From assembly GCA_000004985.1 (NCBI GenBank), contig GG738868.1: a stretch of 64,000 nucleotides of DNA. One strand, given 5' to 3'. Positions 52,514 to 62,076 of this stretch are shown here, piece by piece (the first letter of the stretch is position 1; each line of letters starts with the position of its first letter). The DNA is from Naegleria gruberi. Lineage: Eukaryota. Position numbers and translations under genes: made by a program. Under the pieces are notes generated by a model. It worked only from the letters and a program-made list of their open reading frames with translations. It was not told the DNA's origin and did no database searches.

Positions 52514-55228
52514 TTACTTGAAATATTTAGCAATTCTGTTGGACATTTTGTATCTTAATGATGGTGGAGATTTATCCAAATTATTAATATAATAATCTTC
52601 CATTGGAGTTGGTGGATAATAGAGTGGAATGTGACATCTACTTCCAGAGTACTTTGAAAAACATCGACATGAATCAATTCCAATACAGAAACCATTTCCA
52701 GAACATACATCCACACTTGTTGCATTCTTTCCAAAACACTGCCATTCATCTACAGTAATAATAACATTAAATGCCTCACCTGAATCCAGTGTAAGAGGTA
52801 TCTTTCCATTTGGTTTTGCAAGTGCCAGAACAGGTTCATCATTATATAGACTCGTAGAGGTGGGAGCTGCTTGAAGATATTCGTTTAAACCTCTTGCATA
52901 AATATTGCCCCTATTGGTAACGTAAAGTGTAGCCATAGAACTGTCATCTCCAGCAGATACATCAACTACTAGCTCAGAGTTTGGAATTAGTTTGACAAGA
53001 GATGTTCCTGAATAATAGTACATTGCAATACCATCATCTGAAAGAAAAGCTGGAAGATTTCCACATATAATTTTGATTATTTTCTTTGAGCCAATTAAGC
53101 CGTTTTCCAATCTGGTCCAATTTGTAACTGTTGTAACAGTAGCACTATAGATTATTCTATAGTTTGAATTTTCACCAATAGCAAAGACCTTTCCTGACTT
53201 GGTCAAGATATAAAATGTGTTGGTGCAAATTGCAAAATCTTGAAGGGTTTCACCTATGGCACTAGTTGCATTGGAAATATCTAGCTCAGTCCATGAAGTT
53301 GCTATGGATGGCATGTTAGGAGCTCCAAAATTTCCAACAGCTCCTCTAACCACTATACTTCCATTATTCAATTGTATACCAAGGAAATTATATCCAGTAG
53401 CTATCTTTTTTGCAGTCCAATTTGGTGTCTCAGAAAATACATCAATTGGAGTGAAAAGAAATGAAGATATATAATCAATACCATACTGATAAGCATGGCC
53501 ACTTCCCCAACCATATACTTTTCCTGAACTTGTCAAAATTAATCCATTGGTTGCTGAAATTCGAATGTCAATAATTTCACTATTGTTATATTGTGTTGCA
53601 TTGACTTGTTGAGGAGGGGTTGAAGAGACAATTTCATTGCTGTTTAATGAGGTACCACTAGCACAAACACCCCAATTGTGGAGAGTTGAATTTCCTCCTT
53701 CATAATTGATATTAATATAGGAGCAACCATTAGTTGATCTCACTAAAACATTTCTCACATTATTTGCAAATGGATTGTAACCATTGAGTGTTAGAGGAGA
53801 AGGAAGAACTTGTTTGTAATCCCCATAACCCATTTGGCCTCTGTAATTATCACCAAATGCATAAAACTTTCCAGAGTTTCCACTTATTAAGGAATAACCA
53901 TTAAGAGTTAAAAATCCTTCAGAAGGAATTGTATCACCTCCAATATCTATATCATACATATCGTATGGTGATGTTCTTCCTCTATCAGGATCCTTTCCCC
54001 ATGATAACAAACTAGCAGCTCCCATAATACCAAACAAGCAAAAACCTGCATTACTACTTCTGTCAATGTCAAGTATTTCACCGCTTAAACCTCTTGTAGT
54101 GGCAGCACTATTAATTACAGATGTCAAATTATAGGGTGTATAAATAGGGGAACCTCCAAAAGCAGGATTAGAGCTTGCTTGTCCTTCATTATTTGCACCA
54201 AACACATAAACATGTTTTGACTCTGTTAATATTGTTCCAGTACGATCTCCAAGAGTAATCTTTATCGGTTTCTCAGTGGAATAATCTAATGGAAGGAGTT
54301 GTGGTTCTGAAAAGACACTTGTTCCAGTATTTCCAATTCCTAATGCTCCATCTACATTCGAACCCCAAACCAATACATGATAGGTAGAATTAATGACAGC
54401 TGCACTATAACTATAAAGACTCATCGACAGAACATTACGTAATTTGGGTAAAAGTGTTGGTGTGGAGTCAGTTCCAGTGTTTTCAGGAGTGTGACCTCTT
54501 AATCCATCACCCCAACCACCCCATGAAAAGATATGACCACTATCCATCAAGACTAAATAAGTTGGTTCGCCAAATACTCCACCAACATAAACCTGAGCTA
54601 TGTTTGCAGTGATAGATACTTGCAAATCTGGATCGACGAAAGTTGTTGGAACATCATATTTAGCTAAACCTAATCCAAATAATTGATGGACATAGACTTG
54701 ATTATCTGTGGTGGCCAGAATACATGTAAACCAACACTTGATTTTGTGAACTTCCTTATCTTTCAATGGATTGGTGGCTATTTTATCCTGACGATAGTAA
54801 CCTAAAGTTACATAATTTGGAATATTATAAGGAACTTCAGCAAATGCAAAATATGAATTACTATTATCTCCTGCCATGAGAATAGTTTGTCCAATCAATG
54901 AATTATCAGTACCATTTCTAAATGACAGTAAAACTGTCGTAAATGTCAAACCTCCTGTTATAACTGTTGGAGTGGTAATAACATTGCTCATTCCATAGGC
55001 AACATTCCATGTGTAATTATTAGAAAACATTTCTCCAAAGTGTTGCAATTCAACAGGTGTCTTGGCAGCATTCAGAATAGGATATGCCAAATTTCCGATC
55101 ATGTTACTTCCCCACACTGTTATTGAAGGATTCGAATAGGTTGCACATTGTGTTGATGTGGTGAAATAGAAGAGCAAGAAAGTGCAATAAACTAGTGCTG
55201 CAACAGATACCGTATATTTAGAAATCAT
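52514..55228 (-). CDS. Secreted protein with RCC1-like repeats and C-terminal EGF-like module
   Basis: Signal peptide MISKYTVSVAALVYCTFLLFYFTTSTQC. Repeated RCC1-type blades (HVLVWGSNVDGALGIG, VYVFGANNEGQASSN, FYAFGDNYRGQMGYGD, VYGWGSGHAYQYG, IFSWGGWGDGLRG). Cys pattern CSGNGFCIGIDSCRCFSKYSGSRC near the C-terminus. Confidence 0.55.
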   Translation of the reverse strand: MISKYTVSVAALVYCTFLLFYFTTSTQCATYSNPSITVWGSNMIGNLAYPILNAAKTPVELQHFGEMFSNNYTWNVAYGMSNVITTPTVITGGLTFTTVLLSFRNGTDNSLIGQTILMAGDNSNSYFAFAEVPYNIPNYVTLGYYRQDKIATNPLKDKEVHKIKCWFTCILATTDNQVYVHQLFGLGLAKYDVPTTFVDPDLQVSITANIAQVYVGGVFGEPTYLVLMDSGHIFSWGGWGDGLRGHTPENTGTDSTPTLLPKLRNVLSMSLYSYSAAVINSTYHVLVWGSNVDGALGIGNTGTSVFSEPQLLPLDYSTEKPIKITLGDRTGTILTESKHVYVFGANNEGQASSNPAFGGSPIYTPYNLTSVINSAATTRGLSGEILDIDRSSNAGFCLFGIMGAASLLSWGKDPDRGRTSPYDMYDIDIGGDTIPSEGFLTLNGYSLISGNSGKFYAFGDNYRGQMGYGDYKQVLPSPLTLNGYNPFANNVRNVLVRSTNGCSYININYEGGNSTLHNWGVCASGTSLNSNEIVSSTPPQQVNATQYNNSEIIDIRISATNGLILTSSGKVYGWGSGHAYQYGIDYISSFLFTPIDVFSETPNWTAKKIATGYNFLGIQLNNGSIVVRGAVGNFGAPNMPSIATSWTELDISNATSAIGETLQDFAICTNTFYILTKSGKVFAIGENSNYRIIYSATVTTVTNWTRLENGLIGSKKIIKIICGNLPAFLSDDGIAMYYYSGTSLVKLIPNSELVVDVSAGDDSSMATLYVTNRGNIYARGLNEYLQAAPTSTSLYNDEPVLALAKPNGKIPLTLDSGEAFNVIITVDEWQCFGKNATSVDVCSGNGFCIGIDSCRCFSKYSGSRCHIPLYYPPTPMEDYYINNLDKSPPSLRYKMSNRIAKYFK

Positions 55229-55601
55229 TTTTTTGTGTGATTTGAAATGTCCCTTTTTGACAGGCGTATTTCACGATTTCACTGACAGCAACTAAGCTTG
55301 GATTTCACCGATAAGAGTATCGAATATTCTTCATTTTTCAAAGAACACAATAAGGAAGGTTTCTACTATTCTGTATTGCACACCCTTCAAACTTTATTTT
55401 TTTAAAATTAACTTTTAATTATCATATTTTGAAATAATTCAGTTTTGTTTTTAAAAACTCAAAATAATAAAATATATAAATTAAGACAAATAAATTAAAA
55501 GCTCAAAGATTGAGACACCATTTGGTGAATCAACTTTGTAACCTGCCTTAAAGGATATAAATCTTTATTAAACACAACAATCTGTATCATCTCTATTTAG
55601 A

Positions 55602-56621
55602 TCAATAAACAATGGCATGTTTAGAAACAGTTTTGATTGTTTGTATTATTTGTTGGACCATAAAATTATGAAACGGTTCGGTGAGGCCATTCTGGTGCTC
55701 TTCTAGTAGTTCCAAATATTTTGTTCTGCATTTCTTTTGTACAGTAATATCAAATAGTCCATATCTATTAAGAATCATATTCATCAATAATCGAGCAGTT
55801 CTTCCATTCCCATCCAGAAATGGGTGAATATGAAGAAATTTACAATGTGCTAGAATGGAAAAGAGTGCAGGATGTAATATTCCATTATCAACTCTTTCTC
55901 TATTCAAATGGAACCACTCAAAGTATTGTTTCATGATTTGAGGTACCTCCTGAGGGTAGGGTCTAACAGTTTCAGAACCCTTGACACGAATTGGGATGAG
56001 TCTATAATTCGATTCCATAAAACCTTCAACATTGCAATAACATTTACTCTTCCCAAAAAGTTCGGTGTGAATATTAAGCAACTGATTTTCGTTAAAATGG
56101 CTTAGTGGTTGTTCCTCTAATTTAGAAATATATTGGAAAGCATGGTGGTGGAACAGTACTTCTAGACATTCTCTTGTGGTTGCTTCTTTTTGCAAAATCT
56201 GACTGAAATCTTGTTGTGATACACCCATTAGTTGTTCAGAAGAGTAAGTGCCGAATGAGTCAAAGAGGATTTCGCAGTCTTTTTGCGATAAAGTATTTCC
56301 CTCAATGCTTGTGCTGTGGTGAGTATTTGAAAGACGATAATTTGCCCAGATGGCATGGTTTTTAGAAAGCTGTGGTACAATACTTGTGGATAAAGAATCT
56401 AAGTAACCTAAATGATAGATATTTGCCAATGGTTGCTCATCTTTGAAGATATTAGTGGCTCCCAACCACATTTCTCCAGAAAATGCCTTTTTAACTTTTT
56501 CTTCTGGTGAGAGGGAGTTATAGATAGAGTAAATCTCCAGCAAACGTTCCTTTCGGCGTGCTTCTTTGCTCTCTATTATAGTATTAAAGGTTGCATTTAA
56601 AAGAAGTCGTGAGGTACGCAT
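55602..56621 (-). CDS. Fic-domain protein (AMPylase/FICD-like, class II with N-terminal inhibitory motif), single exon
   Basis: Canonical Fic motif HPFLDGNGRTARLLMNMIL. Upstream STSIEGNT fits the (S/T)xxxE(G/N) inhibitory helix. No TM or TPR region. ATG at 56621. Confidence 0.8.
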   Translation of the reverse strand: MRTSRLLLNATFNTIIESKEARRKERLLEIYSIYNSLSPEEKVKKAFSGEMWLGATNIFKDEQPLANIYHLGYLDSLSTSIVPQLSKNHAIWANYRLSNTHHSTSIEGNTLSQKDCEILFDSFGTYSSEQLMGVSQQDFSQILQKEATTRECLEVLFHHHAFQYISKLEEQPLSHFNENQLLNIHTELFGKSKCYCNVEGFMESNYRLIPIRVKGSETVRPYPQEVPQIMKQYFEWFHLNRERVDNGILHPALFSILAHCKFLHIHPFLDGNGRTARLLMNMILNRYGLFDITVQKKCRTKYLELLEEHQNGLTEPFHNFMVQQIIQTIKTVSKHAIVY

Positions 56622-57003
56622 TTTGAATTTTTTATTGTTTTTTAATATATTAAGGATTATTTGAATTATATAAATGTTGTTTTTCTAATAATAACATGAT
56701 GCGGCAAGTAAACTCAACTTCTTTTGAAAAGAATTTGAAAATGCTAATTGCAGCATTCTCAAAAATATAGAAATGAGTAAGAACGAGTATTAATAGCAAC
56801 ATCGTATTATTCGAAATCTGTGTATTATTAATAGTGTTGCATCCCTTACAACTCTAAATCACGTTTGGGGTTTATTTAGATCAACAAGATTTGGTGCAAT
56901 GGAAATTAATGATCCTTCAAATTCCAAATCATGGTTTCATCAACGCGAGCGATTAAAATCACGTTAAATAGCTTAAAAAACAAACTTAAAAAAAAACAAG
57001 AAA

Positions 57004-58977
57004 ATGGTTTCAGCATCAACAACGAGAGCAAAAAATCGATTGTTAAGAGACTTGAAGGAGATTGAGAATAATCCATTAGAAACTGTGTATGCCCAACCTT
57101 TGCCAAACGATATATTTCATTGGTATGCAACAGTGTTGGCTCCAAAGGAATCTCGTTACCATGGAATTATATTGAATTTGAGTATTGTTTTCCCAGAAAC
57201 GTATCCGAAAGATCCACCCAAGGTTGTTTGCTCGACTCGTATTCACCACCATCATGTCTTTCCAACTTGGATCTGTTTGGACATGTTGAGAACTCACTTT
57301 TCATCAGAGCCTTACAGTGGATGGAGTTCCAGTTATTCTTGTTTGTCCATCTTGTTGCAGTTGCAATCCTTCTTATTGGAGGAGGAAGAACAGCAAAAAG
57401 ATTACATTAAGGAAGATATTGCATCATCAAGAGACTATTCTAATCTCAAAATAGGACATAATCCGAGTAAGGGAAATATTTGGCCACGAGCACCACATTG
57501 GAATGTGGATGAAATTATCAAATCAGAATATGATCCCTCTTTACAAACTAAAAAAAAGGATGAAACTCAATATGAGAAGGGTGTTGTTGACATGGATTTG
57601 GAAGAATTTATTGAGAAGGAGACGAAGCAAGCGAGCTCTGTAATGTCAAAGAAGAAGAGAAAAAAGATGAACCGATTACAAAGATCCAAAAAGGAGGAAA
57701 ATGATGAGAATGTCCCTTCAAGCAGTACATCTACTATTACTCACCAAGCACCTGTTCAATTAAACAAGATTGAAAAGATGAAGGACCTTCCAAATGAAAC
57801 ATTGATTCATATTTTGAGTTATCTATCTCTCATTGACTTGAAGAGAGTGAGCAACTCTTCCAATTTTATGAAACTCTTGTGTGAAAACAAGAGTTTGACA
57901 ACTGAAAGAGAATTGATTTGTTTCCACTCCAAAGTAACCTACAAAGAAGATATTCTTGGAGTTGGATTAACATTTGAAACAAAGGATGGTGGGGTGGTTG
58001 CCTCCATTTCTACTCCATTAGATTTGGTATCAAAAAGTGCATTCTTTGATGAAAGTGTCAGAAAGAGTGTTTGGGGTGTTTTGACTCAACAATGGATTCC
58101 AATATATATTAATAAGGAACATGGAAACTTTGAGGCTCTAAAACAAGCCGTCAAGAGTATTGCCAAGTCATATCCATCACTATCTCAATCCAATAAGTTT
58201 GACAGTCCAGAAATCTATATTGATCTATTGTGTAAATTGATGAATACCATGGTGGTTGAGATTATGAAAGGTCAAACCCATGCCTCAATCAAGGCCCTGT
58301 ATGGATATATGTACTTTCACCGATGGCTGATTTACTTGGTTCAAAAGTTCCCATCTGCTCTCAAAGATATTGAGGAACAAGTCAAATCCTTTGTTACCAA
58401 TGAGAATTCACGTAAAAAGTCAAATTGTCCAAACATTGGCGAATTCCTTCCAAAACTTTCAGTTTTGGGTCCATCTGGTTTAACTTGGGATTATGTTAAA
58501 TCATCTGTTGTTGAGGAAACCTCTATTAGAAATCAACTTTGGGTCATCAAGCAGTTCCCTTCTCTATCTTCCACTAATGATAGTTCAGATGATTTCAGAT
58601 GCACCAATTCGTGGGTGGCAAACAATGTCTCTTGTAAGCTAATTATGTTCCATGTATTCTTCTTGAGAAATGTTGTAGAATCTTATACTGACCTTTCTCT
58701 TGAAGAATTTGGAAGATTGTACGATAATAACTTTGGTTGCCCACCAAAGACAAAGAATGGTGATTTTTTGGAAGATGTTCTTCAAAGGGAGGTATTCACA
58801 ATTCAAAATGTGTCATGTTTCCAACAATATTTCGAATACGTCGGTTTACCAAATATGAAAACAAGAACATCTGTTGCTCAATATTTGAGAAATTGTGTTA
58901 CCATTAGTGAAAAGAGAAGATATCATAATAATTTCAAAAATGGAAACAAGAACAACTTTTACAAAAATAAAAAGTAG
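57004..58977 (+). CDS. UBC (E2) core with HPN replaced by HHH, fused to F-box-like motif and ~350-aa C-terminal domain
   Basis: N-terminal UBC fold RLLRDLKEIENNP...IFHWYATVLAPKESRYHGIILNLSIVFPETYPKDPPKVVCSTRIHHHHVFPTWICLDML with the active-site Cys present. Acidic linker and basic NLS-like KKKRKKMNRLQRSKK. F-box-like LPNETLIHILSYLSLIDLKRVSNSSNFMKLL. Uncharacterised C-terminal region. Single 657-aa exon. Confidence 0.65.
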   Translation: MVSASTTRAKNRLLRDLKEIENNPLETVYAQPLPNDIFHWYATVLAPKESRYHGIILNLSIVFPETYPKDPPKVVCSTRIHHHHVFPTWICLDMLRTHFSSEPYSGWSSSYSCLSILLQLQSFLLEEEEQQKDYIKEDIASSRDYSNLKIGHNPSKGNIWPRAPHWNVDEIIKSEYDPSLQTKKKDETQYEKGVVDMDLEEFIEKETKQASSVMSKKKRKKMNRLQRSKKEENDENVPSSSTSTITHQAPVQLNKIEKMKDLPNETLIHILSYLSLIDLKRVSNSSNFMKLLCENKSLTTERELICFHSKVTYKEDILGVGLTFETKDGGVVASISTPLDLVSKSAFFDESVRKSVWGVLTQQWIPIYINKEHGNFEALKQAVKSIAKSYPSLSQSNKFDSPEIYIDLLCKLMNTMVVEIMKGQTHASIKALYGYMYFHRWLIYLVQKFPSALKDIEEQVKSFVTNENSRKKSNCPNIGEFLPKLSVLGPSGLTWDYVKSSVVEETSIRNQLWVIKQFPSLSSTNDSSDDFRCTNSWVANNVSCKLIMFHVFFLRNVVESYTDLSLEEFGRLYDNNFGCPPKTKNGDFLEDVLQREVFTIQNVSCFQQYFEYVGLPNMKTRTSVAQYLRNCVTISEKRRYHNNFKNGNKNNFYKNKK

Positions 58978-59178
58978 TTTTCCTCAATCAACTTAATCAG
59001 CTCTAAAGATTATACTGTTTAAGACTAGAGGAGCAAAGTTATGAAAATGGTGAGGGACAAAACCAAGTTGAAAGTCTTTGAAACAAGAGGAAATTTGACC
59101 TTAAACAAGAAAAGGAACCTCACTTTGTGTTGATGTTCTTTAAGCAAGCTTCCCAGTGTATATTATATTCGGAATTCT

Positions 59179-59712
59179 GTGAAGAAAAGAATAATTGAAT
59201 GGGAGGAAGGCGAGTTATTGTGTTATTTGAGAAAAAGAAAATTAATATTTAATTTTAATAGAGTCACACATTTACATGGTTTGAATGAAAAAGCTAACAG
59301 ATTCAGAAAAATAATGAATGAAAATGGCAAATCATACAAATTCATTTCTGGGTCTAGTGATTACGATAGATATGAAGAAGTAGAGAAAATGAGAGAAGAC
59401 ATCTATCGTAAAATCATCAATGCAGGGTTTGAGCCAGACACAAGATGGGTCACTAATTCGAAACTAATGACAGAAGAAGAAAAAATAGCTTCTCTACACA
59501 AGCATGCAGAAAAAACAGCCATAGCTCATGCCTTTGTTTTAAATCCAAACAGAAAGAAAATATTACTAACCATAAATCTACGAGTTTGCAATGATTGTCA
59601 TAACGCTGCTACGTATATTTCCAAAGAGATGAATGTTGAAATTATTGTAAGAGATGCAAATAGATACCATCATTTTGTTAATGGTAAATGTAGTTGTGGA
59701 AATTATTGGTAA
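59179..59712 (+). CDS. Stand-alone DYW-type cytidine deaminase (plant-like E2/PG-box plus DYW, no PPR array)
   Basis: C-terminal 100 aa match the plant PPR-editing-factor consensus: AGFEPDT, EEEK, HAEKTAIA (HxE zinc/catalytic motif), NLRVCNDCH (CxxCH), EIIVRDANRYHHF, GKCSCGNYW at the C-terminus. N-terminus KKRIIEWEEG resembles the PG box. No in-frame ATG before the conserved region; see findings. Confidence 0.8.
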   Translation: MKKRIIEWEEGELLCYLRKRKLIFNFNRVTHLHGLNEKANRFRKIMNENGKSYKFISGSSDYDRYEEVEKMREDIYRKIINAGFEPDTRWVTNSKLMTEEEKIASLHKHAEKTAIAHAFVLNPNRKKILLTINLRVCNDCHNAATYISKEMNVEIIVRDANRYHHFVNGKCSCGNYW

Positions 59713-59813
59713 CACAACCCCCATGATACCTCAGCATGATATTACTCCTTGAACATCTAATAATACTAATATTTCTAATAATTACAAATTTTATTAAGGT
59801 TTATTTGGGAAAA

Positions 59814-60752
59814 TTACAAACTACCAATAAGTGTTCCTAAAGCAAAACAAACCGCTGCACATACAGAAGTAATTGCCAATTCATGATTGATATCATCGTA
59901 TAATCGCCTTTCATTTGGTGAAATCAATGTTTCACATTTGAAAACTCTTCTTTCTGGATCAACCTTTCCAATAAGTATAACCTGATCATCCTTATTCAAA
60001 ACTTTTTGAATAATTTGTGCATCAAACAATGCAAACAGCTTTATAATGGGTTGGAATTTAATATTGCTGTCTCGATTCATTCTCATTACTGTTTCAATAT
60101 GACCGTTATAGTCTCTAATATTTTCAGAGTATTCTTTGGTTGGTCCCATGACTATTTTGCAATTGGGTAAGAGTTCAACCTTTAAACTTTCAGTTAAATC
60201 ATTATTAGAATCGAACCATTCTTTAGATGGAATGCCAAAAGCAAATTTCACCTCCAGATCACTACTATAACATCTCAATCGCTCTCTTCTCCTGCTTTTA
60301 ACAAACAAGATCTTTCCACTATCTTTTGAGATTTCATAAATCAAAACTGGTTCTTGACTTTCGATTGAATCATCCAATTTCAGCACCTTGTTTGAATTAA
60401 TCTTTCCAACATTTTTACACAATTTACCATCTGTTAAATTTCCTTCCTCAATAATGTTCGAATGTTCAAGTTGATCATATTGAGTATAATACAATGATCC
60501 GTCAAGTACACACAGAGCCAATCCCATTAATATTAAAATAATTCTAGCTTGTGAAGATGAGGATTTTCTTTTTTCCTCATCATTTTGATTGTTATTTGGA
60601 TTATTATTTACAATTGTTGAATAATGTAGCAATTGTTGTTGATGTGTGAAAATTGTCTTGTTTAATCTATTACGAATGCAGTATGAATCCAATAACCATG
60701 GTTGTCTATTGCTCATCATTATGGAGGGTGATAAATTCTTACTGGTTTGCAA
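59814..60752 (-). CDS. Hypothetical membrane protein (N-proximal and C-terminal hydrophobic segments)
   Basis: 312-aa ORF. Asn-rich N-terminus, TM-like ARIILILMGLALCVL and C-terminal AITSVCAAVCFALGTLIGSL. Confidence 0.35.
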   Translation of the reverse strand: MQTSKNLSPSIMMSNRQPWLLDSYCIRNRLNKTIFTHQQQLLHYSTIVNNNPNNNQNDEEKRKSSSSQARIILILMGLALCVLDGSLYYTQYDQLEHSNIIEEGNLTDGKLCKNVGKINSNKVLKLDDSIESQEPVLIYEISKDSGKILFVKSRRRERLRCYSSDLEVKFAFGIPSKEWFDSNNDLTESLKVELLPNCKIVMGPTKEYSENIRDYNGHIETVMRMNRDSNIKFQPIIKLFALFDAQIIQKVLNKDDQVILIGKVDPERRVFKCETLISPNERRLYDDINHELAITSVCAAVCFALGTLIGSL

Positions 60753-61203
60753 CCATCATGAAATAATTTGTTGAGATAACTCTTCCTACATGGACACGGA
60801 GATGTCGTTTCATTTTTTTTAGTTTTACAACATGATGAACTGTTACGTGTCTTGTGTGATTGGTTGGTTAAAAGGGGTGGTTGTGAGTCAGTGATGATGG
60901 ACACATCATACATGCTTTTTGATTTGCTTCATGTTGCAACTACTATTGTTTTTGTGTACATAATTAAGATTTTTGATAGGAATAGTTATTCTAAACAAGT
61001 ACAACAAAAATCCACAAAGTTTCTAAAATAGTATTTGTTTCATTCGTAAATTTCAATTGATGTTGTAATTGCAATTAATAATTGACCACTTTTCCAATCA
61101 ATACATATTCCACTTGGTTTTTCCAATCTTTTTCTCCTTGTAAATAACATTGAATCCTTCCCTGATATCGTATTCACATTTGGGTTGCAGCACTAGCAAA
61201 GTA

Positions 61204-62076
61204 TTATGTTCCAAATGGTATTGTAGCAAATATATTCCCTGAATTTCTCTCATAAATCATTGCAAACATGTTATAAGAGGTGTAATTTCCAACATAATCC
61301 GAAAGAGTCATATAGTGTAAAGAAGTCCATTCCTGTTTCTCGCTCTGTTGAAAAACCTCCAACTTATTGGAACAATGACAGCAAATGAATTGATTTTTGG
61401 AAGTAACCTCAAAAGCAGAACTGTTTCGAAGTATTAGGGGAGTTTCAACTTTCACTATTTGACCATCTCTACATCTGATCTGTCTCAGTGTTTCAACATC
61501 AATTTTCTTGGAGGTCAGCAAGACCAGTTCTCCATTCAAATCACATGTGGCCATTCCATACGTTGCACAATCTAATTCTGTTTTCCATAATGAATTAGAT
61601 AATTTACCTCCCATTAACAATGAGTGCAAATTAAACTTCATCAACATTCCCTTAGCATCTTCCTCATCTATCCAAACCATCAAGAAGAACGCATCCTCTC
61701 GATCATTCACAACTGAATTCATATATTCAAATTCTAATTCTACTCTATTAATTAATTGCTTTGTTTTCCGATCCAAAACATAAATCAATCTCTCTGTACA
61801 AGCCAATATACAATCTAATCGGTACGATATTTTCAAATCACAGGAAACATCCATATCATTCACATTCCATGTTTTGTATTCAATAATTTGAATAGGCTTT
61901 CTGAGGCCATTATTCAGAGAAAAACTCTTAATTTTTCTTAAAGTTAATTTATTCTTCAACCAAGTCATCAACAATTGTTCATTCCCTCGTTGATTCATCG
62001 GAACATCTTCATCGCGCTGATTTATTGTCATATTAAAATCAATAAGGGTAACTGTAACAATCTCCTCATCACACAT
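61204..62076 (-). CDS. Hypothetical 290-aa protein
   Basis: Uninterrupted ORF with normal composition. No recognised motifs. Confidence 0.35.
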   Translation of the reverse strand: MCDEEIVTVTLIDFNMTINQRDEDVPMNQRGNEQLLMTWLKNKLTLRKIKSFSLNNGLRKPIQIIEYKTWNVNDMDVSCDLKISYRLDCILACTERLIYVLDRKTKQLINRVELEFEYMNSVVNDREDAFFLMVWIDEEDAKGMLMKFNLHSLLMGGKLSNSLWKTELDCATYGMATCDLNGELVLLTSKKIDVETLRQIRCRDGQIVKVETPLILRNSSAFEVTSKNQFICCHCSNKLEVFQQSEKQEWTSLHYMTLSDYVGNYTSYNMFAMIYERNSGNIFATIPFGT

